Translations under genes and position numbers: made by a program
Origin: Octopus bimaculoides
Taxonomy: Eukaryota
Direction: 5' to 3'
Assembly: GCF_001194135.2 (NCBI RefSeq)
Contig: NC_068982.1
Span: 31,196,734-31,259,563 of the forward strand
Length of the DNA stretch: 62,830 nt
The notes under the pieces: model-generated
What the model saw: only the letters and a program-made list of their open reading frames with translations
Databases searched by the model: none
Told to the model about the DNA's origin: nothing
Shown here: in pieces, positions 26,601-38,450 of the stretch
Numbering within the stretch: the stretch's first letter is position 1
Layout of the letters: each line of letters opens with the position of its first letter

Positions 26601-27046
26601 AACGTCATTATTAGTAGATTATATTTACATATGGAGTAGGCAGGCAGCTGACGTTAAATGACTTTAGACACGATGCAGTGAATATCTCAGAATAATCTGA
26701 AATTGAAACATGTGTGTCATCATTATGTCTCATATCTTCTGGGTCAATAAAACAAGTAGGAATGAAGTACAATGGTCGATTAAAGTGGTTAGGATGGTTC
26801 AATATAAGTTTGCTACTGTTTGCTAATTTATTCTTTATAATTATGTTTTTGAATATCGAAAATTGCATCTATAAATATATCTCCGAAAAAAGTATCATTT
26901 CTAGAAATTTCGCAGCTCTTTAAAGCATTCAAATGGAAGAACTAACGCATCATACGTTACTTATTCCTCACTTAAAGATATATTTTAAAATTTTCAAATA
27001 TTTTATTTTACTTGAGTACCGTTTAGTTAACCAATATTTTATTATT

Positions 27047-27265
27047 ATAAGGTGGCAAGCTTGTAGAAACGTTATCACGCCTATCAAAATGCTAAGTGGC
27101 ACTTCGTTCATATTTATCTTCTGAGTTCAAATTCCGCTAATGTCTACTTTGCCTTTCATCCTTTTAGCGTCGATAAAATAAGTGCCGGTTGAGCCCTGGG
27201 TCAATGTAATAGACTTACCCCTTCTGCCGGAATTGTTGGCCATGTGACAAACTTTCAAATCAATA
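27047..27265 (+). mobile_element. SINE family A, near full length
   Basis: CTGAGTTCAAATTCCGC..TTTGCCTTTCATCCTTT..GTCGATAAAATAAGTGCC. Confidence 0.87.
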
Positions 27266-28339
27266 CTTTGCTATTCCTGATATTTTCAGTTTATGCATAC
27301 TCATTATGATTTTCTTTTCAAAAAAAGTTTAGTAGAGTCGACAATCGTCAATAACTGCAGGTAATATTTTCTATGATAAGAGCGAAATATCTTGCGAAAA
27401 GTAGACTTTGTAAGTTTATGAATTATATAAACTTGCATTATCATCTGCAATATTATATCAAAAGAGTTTAAAAGAAAATAATGAAAATGATAAATAGCAA
27501 GTTAACATGTATAGACTGATTATTGTTATCAAAACAATACGTATTTGAAGGTGAGTATTGTCAAGTAAGTGACCTCCAGTATATTCATGATATATATTTC
27601 ATCACAATTACGCTACATGAATGAAACGTCGATTCTTCATAATTTTAGAACAGGTTGCAAAAGACACAATACGAAAGACATTTGCCAATGCTCTGCTAAT
27701 TTCACCGTCCATCAATCTGTTATAGAAACATTGTTGGTAACCCCAGCACAATTCTTGGTATATTCATTTCACTTATTTATCCATAAAATGTAAAGTATAT
27801 GATAAAATTAGTGCTACGAATAAGATATTGAACTACCTATACATGAATATATTTCTGTACTTTATGCCAATATATGTCTAGATAGCATGATATATAAATA
27901 TTAATATGCATTTAGAGGTTATGAATATGTCTCTTTGTGTAACAATCTCTATATATGCTTGTCATTTTTCATGTCTTGTTAAGCGTACGTTTAATTTATA
28001 CATATAGAATATACCACATGCGCTCTCTCAACCCCTTCTTGTCTCTCTACCTCACTTTCTCTCTCTCTGCACTCTCTTTCTCTCTCTCTCTCTCTTTCTC
28101 TGTATACATATATATTTTATTTATACATATATATTCATTATATGTCTGTATGTATATATATATGTCTGTATATGTATGATATATATTCAAGTATCTGTGC
28201 ATATAAGGTGACGTGTTCGTAGAATCGTTTGAATGTTAGATTGATCTGCTGCAATCGTTTTGGTTATATAATCTTTCAGTTCAAATCTTGCAAACATCAA
28301 CTCTGCGTTTCGTCATTCATGTACTGAACTTAATTCGTC

Positions 28340-28915
28340 TTTCTTTCATTATTGCATTCTATCATTGATTTGCTCTCTCCCGGAACAAATGTCTGCAGTC
28401 AGACCAGAAGGAATGAGGTTTCCGCAAATGACATGTCCCTTAAGATCGCACTCCATATTCTTGAGATGATTACAGTGTAGTCCGTGGGCATCGAATAGAT
28501 CATCTTCATGCATTCATTTCCTCAGGCGATATAGCATTAACGGATGTTTAACAGAGGGTTGTTTATATCCCTTTTGACCAGTGCGAAAATTGATGGGGTT
28601 ATTTGGGTATTTCTGTGTGAATTTGGTAGTCAGGAGGGGAAGGAATGGTAGTTATATGTGGATGGAGGCGTGTAGTGATATTGGACATATTTTGCCATTC
28701 AGTCTGCTGATGTCAAAGATGGGTTGTATCGTAGTATCCGTGGGCATCGGGTGTATGTCCACGGATACTACGGACTAAACTGTAATCATCCCAGGAATAT
28801 GGACTGTGATCTTAAAGGACATGTGATTTGCTGAAGCCTCCCTCCTTCTGGTCTGACTACAGACATTTGTTCCGGGAGAGAGAAGATCAAAGACAAAATG
28901 CAATAATGAGAGAAA
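28340..28915. repeat. Foldback: ~150-bp inverted arms around a ~270-bp PLE-like 3' end
   Basis: 28340-28487 and 28759-28915 are reverse complements, including the blocks CTCTCTCCCGGAACAAATGTCTG and AGTCAGACCAGAAGGA. A perfect 13-bp hairpin lies at 28731-28771. Confidence 0.9.
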
Positions 28916-29029
28916 AATGAATCAAGTAGTAGAGTGAGTTGTGGAAACACGCGTAGTGATGCATTAAATGTTTATAAATACTAACCAATGATTATTGTTA
29001 TTTCTACAATATATCGTGTATATATGTAT

Positions 29030-29520
29030 NNNNNNNNNNNNNNNNNNNNNNNNNNNNNNNNNNNNNNNNNNNNNNNNNNNNNNNNNNNNNNNNNNNNNNN
29101 NNNNNNNNNNNNNNNNNNNNNNNNNNNNNNNNNNNNNNNNNNNNNNNNNNNNNNNNNNNNNNNNNNNNNNNNNNNNNNNNNNNNNNNNNNNNNNNNNNNN
29201 NNNNNNNNNNNNNNNNNNNNNNNNNNNNNNNNNNNNNNNNNNNNNNNNNNNNNNNNNNNNNNNNNNNNNNNNNNNNNNNNNNNNNNNNNNNNNNNNNNNN
29301 NNNNNNNNNNNNNNNNNNNNNNNNNNNNNNNNNNNNNNNNNNNNNNNNNNNNNNNNNNNNNNNNNNNNNNNNNNNNNNNNNNNNNNNNNNNNNNNNNNNN
29401 NNNNNNNNNNNNNNNNNNNNNNNNNNNNNNNNNNNNNNNNNNNNNNNNNNNNNNNNNNNNNNNNNNNNNNNNNNNNNNNNNNNNNNNNNNNNNNNNNNNN
29501 NNNNNNNNNNNNNNNNNNNN
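29030..29520. other. Assembly gap (491 N) flanked by (TA)/(CA)n/(TATG)n; other gaps at 37644-38015, 44691-44890 and 61281-61351
   Basis: N runs are directly visible. Confidence 0.99.
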
Positions 29521-29602
<82 letters not shown>

Positions 29603-31626
29603 TGTATAAATGTATGTACACACGCACATGCAAACACACACTCACAAAAATTACATTATTGAAATAAGAAAGTCTGAGATGAGAAATTCTCGGCTAAGCG
29701 GAAATAAGTTATGTCTCTAGAAATGCGTCACATCGATCGCTCATTATGCTAACATTCTATTAACGCACTACCCCTTTGATTCCAAGTACGATTCTTTTAA
29801 AATTGATTTAACTGCGACAGTTTCTTCTGGAAGAGATCGGCCAGCGAATTTTACATACCTCTCACATGTCTCAGAAATATTTTTCGATTATTTGTGATCT
29901 GAAATTTCTTGTCTACAATATTACGTTTTACATTGGGAAAAGTGCCCCTATAGATCTGTGAGATTTAAAAACTATACCATATCTTCCATTGAGTTCATGT
30001 TTATCAATACACTGAGATAAAAATAATCCCCACAGAACACCTGTCCACGGAAATCGAACCATGTCAAGACAGCCGCACTGACAATTACACCTACGCATTT
30101 CGGCTTATTTTCCTATAATTCGAATTATCGCCCATAAAGTGTCATTATGCAGCCTACTCTTACTTTCTTTGTCGGGAAATGGGAGAGATGAAGGTAGGAA
30201 AAGGACAACTATCCTAAAGGTTTACTATTACATGTGGGCCTCTAAGGAAGCGTAGAGGGTAACTGTCCGCCGTGAGGTAACTCTCTAATTGTGCGAATAC
30301 GTGCAACAGAATGAACTCTACAAAGGCACGAGTGGACTAGGAGGTGATGTTCAATGCTTGCGAAACATTGAGGGACGCAATTCTTAATATAATGTGCCTT
30401 CCAAAAGTGAACCAAATTCTCATTCAGTTTCTACATAATTGAAAGGGGTTACATCTATTTTCCTCCTGTAACTTTCAACAGAGTTATAGTTCTCCAAATA
30501 TCTTCAAGAAAGTTTATATTTTCTTCAACTTTGAACTTTATCAAAATCTGAAGATGTCTCAGCTGTAAAGAAATTCTTAAAGTGAATCGTTCTTGTGTTT
30601 AATATTGAACTTAGAAATAAAATACTGAAATTTATGAATCACTTATAAAAGCAACAGAAAATTTGATGTTACTCCCTCATGAATGTTGTACGCAGGTTAT
30701 ATATATATGTACAGACAACCTAAAGAATTATTTATAATCTACAGAAACTCCTTAATATGAATAAAGTTGAAGTTGTATGAAAAACATTCTTCTATAACTT
30801 TCGTTGCATCATTCTTTAATTTTTATCCACTACCCATTATCTGTGCGTTTTTAAATGCGATTAGCCTGGAGAAAAATATGAATTGTAAGGAGTGTATATC
30901 AGGAACATGTTAAGTTGTTCATGTTTAAACTTTGGGCATTTTAAAATATTGCGATTTATGTCAATAAAAATTATTTAATCTGAACAGACATCAATCATAT
31001 AATTCCTGTGGAGTAAAAATTGATTTTCACTGAATAACAAGATCCCAATTTTCTTTACTTTAATGAAAAGTGTTGGTATATTCTAACATTGTCTAAAATA
31101 TATTTATAGTTACATATATTATTATTCACTAAAACCAGATTTTCTTTTATGACTAAGTTGTGTCACAGCATCTTTCAAGCTTTCAGAAAATAAGCTGATG
31201 TTAGCTGAAACTTACCGACGTGGCTTCTCAGATATACAAGTGTCCCTCGTTATGCATTTGCAAAACAAGTAACACTTGTGTAATTTATCTCTTTTGAAAT
31301 AAATTAATTATCGTGAGACCATTTTGTGTTACTAAGGAGTAAATATATCACAAAATGATCCTTTAAAATAAAATGAATTTAACACCCACCATATCTTCAG
31401 AAATCATTAAAGAGTTTTAGATACAAATATATCTAAGCACATATAGCCTTTAAGAAATAACAATATGTAAAACTATATTTGGAATACATTAAAACGTTAG
31501 ACACAAAATGATATGACAGTAATTTTTGTATTTCAGAAAATTTAATATAATCAGTCTTCCGGGGGAATAATGTCTTCGGCACGCGGTCAGAGATAGTAGC
31601 CTACAGTGGAATATATGCATGAGTTA

Positions 31627-32050
31627 TCAGGTCATCCAATAAGTTCTGCCTCAATTTTGAATAAAGAAAACAAGTGATCAAATGTTATATTTAATTGAAA
31701 TTTAATCATCAATGTACTTTCCCTGATTATCTATGACTTCCTTCCATCTATTTACAAGCTTTTTAATCCCATCAATGTAAAACTCTTTTGGTTTCAAAGC
31801 GAACAACTCTGAAATGTCAGTTTCGACCTCCTCCTGGCTTGCGAAAGTCATGGCCCCCAAATGATGCTGTAAACTGCGAAACATGGTAGTCTGAAGGAGC
31901 AAGGTCGGCAGAATAAAGTGTATGAGGAATTTTTTCCCAACCAAGCTCTTCAATCTTCTGTGATGTGATCTTTGCAGTGTGGGGCCGGGCATTGTCCTGA
32001 TGAAACATTTATGCAATCCAGAAAATTTGCACCACTTCAATAAGATCACA
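31627..32050 (-). mobile_element. mariner DNA transposon 3' fragment with TIR and flanking TA
   Basis: FHQDNARPHTA..LGWEKIPHTLYSADLAPSDYH / FRSLQHHL..YIDGIKKLVNRWKEVIDNQGKYIDD* is the mariner D,D34D second half with a YSPDLAPSD-like motif, frameshifted. TIR TCAGGTCATCCAATAAGTTCTG is preceded by TA at 31625-31626. Confidence 0.92.
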
Positions 32051-33171
32051 TACTACCGATTGTGTACTGTCATTCGAGTAACATCTTTCCTATAGAGACA
32101 CATACCAATACTTTGTACCCGATATAAAAAAATAGATGCAGTATAAACTATATGACAATTTACAGTAAGACGGAACAATTTTATGTTGCATACATGTTCA
32201 CAGAATCTTATTAACTCGGTGTATTTGTATATATTCACAGATTAATATTCGTTGATAAAGTTAGTGATATTACGTTTTATTCAATATTGGAAAATCAGGA
32301 GCAGCAGACTGTTTTACTCGGCTAGGGGGAATTTTGTATAGCATGATTCATTATATGTAAAATGTTACAAACTATTCCCCCTGTCAATAAAATTTCTTCA
32401 TTGGATAACGTTTACCTTGAAGCCACAGTCTCCACAACAAGAGTGCGTTTTACTGATTGATCTCTATCTCACTTCTATGTTATACATGCTATAAGCAACA
32501 TATGCTATCAGGAATATTCTGCATCACAAGGTTCCTAGCTGAGAGGTTGAACGAGTATATTCAATCATAAATCTGCTACCGCATATGATACCTGTAGAAC
32601 TTGTACATATTTCTGCTTAGAACAAACGTGTTTCAATTTAATTTTTCCAGAATCTAGATACGGGATATACAAGACATCTTTTCAGGACGTACGAAACGTA
32701 ATGAAATATCACCAGCTATTTTGTTTGATGTTTTGCAGTTTCTACATTCCATTGCCCTATAAATTTTGTGTTATGCGGCAGAGAGACGATTACTCAAAGT
32801 GGTATAATCGATATTGCATGGCCTGATGAAGAGATCGATTCATACTAAAGCCAGCATAATTTATGATAGAAGTGACCTTCTCTGTTACCAATAGCTAACT
32901 ACTTTCTTCTTGAGGCCGTTCATCTTATTTCTAACTCTTCAGTATCCGCACCTGAGGAACTAAAATATAAACAAAAGTACAATATATGCTAAAAAGAATT
33001 TATATACACACGCAAATACATATGTACACACATGTGTGTGCATGTGTGTGCGCGTGGATGAATGTATATTTACTAGGTAGTGTAGTTGTGTTTCATCAAA
33101 AGAAACTAACTTTTGCAAGAGAGTTATGATGTTAGCTCAACAGAGATGGACAGCAGAAATGGTATATATTC

Positions 33172-33356
33172 TTTTCTACTCTAGGCACAATGCCCGACAT
33201 TTTGGGGGAGGGGGCCAGTCGATTAGATCGACCCCAGTACGCAACTGGTACTTAATTTATCGACCCCGGAATTTGAACTTAGAACGTAAAGACGGACGAC
33301 ATACCACTAAGCATTTCGTCCGGCGTGCGAAACGTTTCTGCCAGCTCACCGCCTTA
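33172..33356 (-). mobile_element. SINE family A with internal deletion
   Basis: CTAAGCATTTCGTCCGGCGTGC..CTGCCAGCTCACCGCCTT head; GGAATTTGAACT B-box region. Confidence 0.9.
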
Positions 33357-34085
33357 GAAACGGCATATATTAGCATAGAACAGGATTTGTTACTGTCAAA
33401 ACACTGGAAATGTCTGTCTAATAAATCAGTAACACATACATAACCAAATTAATGAATTAATAACCTTAAAGGAAAAAAAAAATTCCCTTCTCTTATAGTT
33501 GCAAGTTAGTGTGATTTCATATGAGTGTGACTGGATGGATGTTGATAGTTTGTCTTACTGCGATGCAGAAAGCTTTTACTCGGCAGAACCGTTTTCACAA
33601 ATATATTTTACTTTACATATGGATTCTATCCCTACTTTATAATTTTTTATATTACTAGGTCTAAAGTAAATGTAAGAAATTCTAACTCATTGTGGATAAT
33701 AATCCTAAGCATTTAACCTTTAGCTAGTTCGCTGATCTATTTATTGTGAACTTTCCAATCGCTGATTGTATCATTGTCTTTGTATACTGTTTATGTCCAC
33801 CAACAATGTACAACTATTGAGATTTGTAGAAACTTTATACTTTTTCGTTCGACTTATTAACTATGTGTCTTTCTTTGGCTAATCTGGATGACTGTTGAAA
33901 TCAAAGCCTCACAATGTCTATGATCCCTTTTCAGAACTCGTTATTGAGGGCTTAGATCCATGAACACTCGAAATACTATAAAAACATAGCTCACTATCAA
34001 CTAACTTTTAAAACTTGCCACACCATCGTATGTGAACCTTTTTGCGGACTAACATATTAATTTACTGTGCTACTGACGATAGATT

Positions 34086-34408
34086 GAAGGCGCATGACTC
34101 AGTGGTTAGAGCGTCGGGCGCTCAATCATAAGGTAGATTCCCGGACCGGACTGTGTGATGAATTCTTGAGCAAGTCACTTTACTTCATGTTGCTCCATTT
34201 TACTCAGTTTTAGAAATGAGCTGCGACGTCTCTGGTGCCAAGCTGCAACGGCCCATCCCTTGGATAAAATCAGTCGCTAGGAGAAGAGAAGAATGATATT
34301 CATGGGTGACTGCTGGCCTTCCATAAACAACCTTGCTTGGATTGTGCCGTTCTAGGTGCAATCCCATGCTCATCCCTGAGCAAAGGGGCTCTTTACTTTT
34401 TACTTTAC
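34086..34408 (+). mobile_element. SINE family C (tRNA-derived head, CORE/V-like central motif, (CTTTA)-like tail)
   Basis: A-box-like TGACTCAGTGG, then TTGAGCAAGTCACTTTACTTC..GCTCCA..ACTCAG..GAAATGAG, ending CTTTACTTTTTACTTTACT. Confidence 0.75.
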
Positions 34409-35299
34409 TGATTTTAGTGCTAGTGCTTTCAATTAGAAAATGAGCGTTGCCCATAATTTCTTTGCATATTTCTTCGTAAACCCTCTCACTACTACAAACC
34501 CGTTTTAAAAGTATAACCTATGACGTAATATTTTTAGTTTTGAAGTTATTTCCGAGAGGTCAATAAAAAAAAAATGATCTCCTTCAAGCATCATTCTCTC
34601 AGAATTAGAAGGTTGGCAAATTGTGGTGTAAGTAAGTCATTAATAATCCCTAGAATTCAAATTCTATTCCGATTGACTTTTTTAATCATTTTTTATCATT
34701 TGACTTTTTTTTTTATCGTTTCTGAATCACTGATAAAAATGTTCCTACATTATTTGAAGTTCTATGTCTAAAGCTGAAATAAGACGTTTATTATTAAATG
34801 TTGATATATTCACATCAACGACTCTGATAATTTGTTTAATGTATACATGAAAATATATATATAAATGCACATGGTAATGTAATGCCGAAATAAGCATTAC
34901 ATTTTATGGGTATTTATAATTCGAATGGAAATTGCTATATTAAGAAGTAATAAGATTTGAAAATGTATAGTTGATTTTATTAACTCGATCTATATTACTG
35001 ACACGTAAAAATCACATTTTTTTTTACTTTCCCTGCTGTATGCTATATGAATATTATTTTTTATTACGTTTATGAAGAAAGAAGCATTGTAAAAATTGAA
35101 ATTGTATGACTCACACAAGAAAAAATATACATACGTATTGTTAAATAATTGTGTAGGAGAGGGAAATAATTGCTAAGTGTCTTACGTATCCTTATTTCAA
35201 ATCAGAAGGGAGGACACCAGCTGTTTTTGTCCAAAATAACACTGTCTATTATCACTACGGACGGGCATGTACTTACTTGTGACTGTGTGAGCGCGTGCG

Positions 35300-35507
35300 G
35301 AGCTCCTGTATGGGGGTCTTAAAAGACATGTTAGGGTCCACAATGAGCAGAACTTACTTGCAGGTATTGGTGGTGCAAATCAGAGGTGCAATCTGTGTGG
35401 GTGTTTCTTCAAAACACTGTCTGGTTTAAAAAGCCACATCAAACGCCATGAAAGGTCTAAGGTGTAGGTGCAGGAGGTGGTCAAACTCTGTGTAAGGAGT
35501 AGACAAT

Positions 35508-35537
<30 letters not shown>
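35300..35537 (+). mobile_element. RTE-type LINE extreme 3' end with C2H2 finger, short 3' UTR and (TA)n tail
   Basis: GLKRHVRVH..CNLCGCFFKTLSGLKSHIKRHERSKV* (stop 35465-35467), followed by a ~45-nt UTR and a TA run. Confidence 0.75.
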
Positions 35538-35543
<6 letters not shown>

Positions 35544-37175
35544 TATAAACAGCAGTTTGCATTGTTTCACAAGAAAGGAGAATTACAAATGTCACTTATT
35601 GCGACTGGGGTGGTAGGAAACACCTATATTGTTGCTAGAAATAAGAGCTAAACCGCACTCATGCTGTAGTTAACACACATTAATGAAAACATTGCAAATT
35701 GCTGCTTATATTAATTTTATATATACACATTAGGAAATCGCTAAATCATCCAGTTATTTGGTTGATGAAAACATAAATACTAAGAGCCGAAGTAGAGCTG
35801 TCTCAACTGATGAGACAACGGAAATTGCCAAAAGTGACGCATCAATATTAAGAATTTTTGATCGCCACTTTTCGGACGATTATGGTCCCTGTTATTGTAT
35901 ATGTTTTCACTCATTTTCATTAACTACATTAGACCGCAGTTTAGATCTAATTTCTAGCAATGTAGGTGTTTCCTAACGCCCTAGTCGCATTTAGTGACAT
36001 TTATATATGTATGTGTGTATGTGTATTTATTTATTTATGAAGAGGGAAAATGAGAACAGCACACATACAATAACACAAACATACACAAAATACACACGTA
36101 AATATTTTTATGTGCGTTTGTGTCTCTGTTTATATTTCGTCTTCACGAAATATGTGAAAAATTGGAATATACGAATATCTCCTGCTAAACTCATTGCAGA
36201 GAAATAACATTTCTTTACGTGTCTTCTTTTCCTCTATTGCCATCTTAATATAAAATGTGAGAGAATTAGATTACATATTGCAAATCATTGTATCTAATAG
36301 AATTTCTGTTGAGGACTGAGATATATAGTCTACCACTTTTCTGGATCGGTCAAGTTCTAATGACATTCCAACAGTATGGTAACTTTATTCTCACAGTGAA
36401 AACATCACTCTAGGCTATAGAATATTGAATTACTTTACATTTCTTCAAATTGTTCAGAATTGTAGATAAGAGTTATCAGTTACAAACAGAAGTGCGTTGC
36501 TTTACTTATATAACAACTTTCATTCTGCTAGTCATATTTATTTCCTAGACAGACAACGTTGTGTCCAAATAACCATCCTGTACCTTGCAATTGTGCTTGC
36601 TGCTTAACATTAACAACTGTTGATAAATTAGTATCTATATAGATCTTGACAGGCATATCGTCAGGATTATGACATAATATTTATTTAAAACCGAAGACTA
36701 GGAACAAAGTAAAGTATCTCTTGACAGAAATTATATGTAGATATGAAATGGCTGAAATGATAAAATATCTTCTTTCCAACTCATACGGCTTGGGTGAGAA
36801 ACCTTTAGAAACATTTTGTTGTCAAAAGGGAGTTTTGCATCTTAGTTTCCGGAGCATCTGGGAATATGTATCAGATTTTTTTTTTTTTTTTTTTTTGCCA
36901 GGAAATGTTACCCGCAATAAACCAGCTACTACTTAACTTTTAATCTATTTGATTAATACTAAAGAAATCTAAGTCAAAGACCTTCTTCATAGATTCCTTT
37001 GATGCATTAGCGATTTTCCATATAGCATTTTAACCCCCACCTAAACATATATGCGAGGGCTTTTGGAGACATTTAGGAGTATTGGAAGGGGTGGTTATTA
37101 TATTGGTTGAAAGGGTTCCAGTTGCAAGTTCGGAATGTTTTGAACCTTACAGCGATGAATTTTACTGTTATTACA

Positions 37176-37360
37176 ATCTTTTATCTTTTATTGTTTCAGT
37201 CATTAGACTGTGGCCATGCTGGAGCACTGCTTTGAAGGATTTTAGTCGAATGGTACTTATTTTGTTAGTTTCTTTTTGAAGAACCCCCAAATTACGGGGA
37301 CATAAAACATCAATCCCGAGACAGACACAGACACAAAGACACACACACATAGATACAGGC

Positions 37361-37401
<41 letters not shown>

Positions 37402-37587
37402 AAACACACAAACACACACAAACACACACACACAAAACACACATACAGTTTCTGTCTACCATATCCACTCACAACGCTGTTGTCTGCCTGAAGATATAGT
37501 AGAAAACACATGCCCAATGTGCCACGCAATGGGACTGAACCCGGAACAATGCAGTTGAGAAGCAAGCTTCTTATCACACAGCTACGT
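37176..37587 (-). mobile_element. SINE family B, near full length, with expanded internal (CA)n
   Basis: GGGACTGAACCCGGAAC (B-box reverse), ATCACACAGCTAC (A-box reverse), and the tail GACTGTGGCCATGCTGGAGCAC. Confidence 0.9.
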
Positions 37588-38015
37588 TTTATGCAAACTC
37601 TGTTAAGGTAGAGCAACTCTTTTCTAAGAAATATATTTACCGTNNNNNNNNNNNNNNNNNNNNNNNNNNNNNNNNNNNNNNNNNNNNNNNNNNNNNNNNN
37701 NNNNNNNNNNNNNNNNNNNNNNNNNNNNNNNNNNNNNNNNNNNNNNNNNNNNNNNNNNNNNNNNNNNNNNNNNNNNNNNNNNNNNNNNNNNNNNNNNNNN
37801 NNNNNNNNNNNNNNNNNNNNNNNNNNNNNNNNNNNNNNNNNNNNNNNNNNNNNNNNNNNNNNNNNNNNNNNNNNNNNNNNNNNNNNNNNNNNNNNNNNNN
37901 NNNNNNNNNNNNNNNNNNNNNNNNNNNNNNNNNNNNNNNNNNNNNNNNNNNNNNNNNNNNNNNNNNNNNNNNNNNNNNNNNNNNNNNNNNNNNNNNNNNN
38001 NNNNNNNNNNNNNNN

Positions 38016-38450
38016 GAGGAGGAGGATGGTGGAAGTTAGGAGTAGGATTTCAATGAGCTTAATGGCCGAAGGATCAAGTGAGTTGGAAGAGATAACTTCA
38101 TGCACGGCAGTGGAGACTTGTTTCTCATAGTGTCTGGTTAAATTATTTCCTGAGTTGCTGCAGAAGAGAGATTTGTTGAGTTGTGCGATGCTCTTTGTCC
38201 ACAGAGATTGATTAGCCTCACATAGTGACGTCGCTTCTTTAGTTGGATAAATGAAAGTGTTTTCCTGATTCTGGAAGGAATTGAGTTCCGATGTGGATGT
38301 GTTTCATCCTCTTTGTCACATACAGAATTTGACGATCCCCAAATTATAGTGGATTGCTTATGCAAATAAATCGACAGTAAATCAACGTGTAGCCTCTGGT
38401 GGGGTTCAATGTTGAGTTGTTCTTTTTAATGTTTAGCAAAACTGTTTTCC
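38016..38450 (-). mobile_element. Possible decayed PLE N-terminal ORF region
   Basis: Protein-like but stop-riddled frames (HVDLLSIYLHKQ.., VHEVISSNSLDPSAIKL) loosely recall PLE N-termini. No diagnostic motif. Confidence 0.3.

Noticed and set aside
28964-29662. Long ORFs of 200+ aa (also those crossing 37644-38015, 44691-44890 and 61281-61351)
   Set aside because: Artefacts of N runs and dinucleotide repeats.
30030-30095. tRNA gene suggested by a reverse B-box (GGTTCGATTTCC)
   Set aside because: No cloverleaf can be formed; at most a decayed tRNA-derived SINE head. The SINE B and C heads were rejected as tRNA genes for the same reason.
35805-35835. CTGATGAGACAACGGAAA as a minimal hammerhead
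   Set aside because: Helix II cannot close in register, there is no NUH or helix I, and a competing GTCTCA/TGAGAC hairpin is present.
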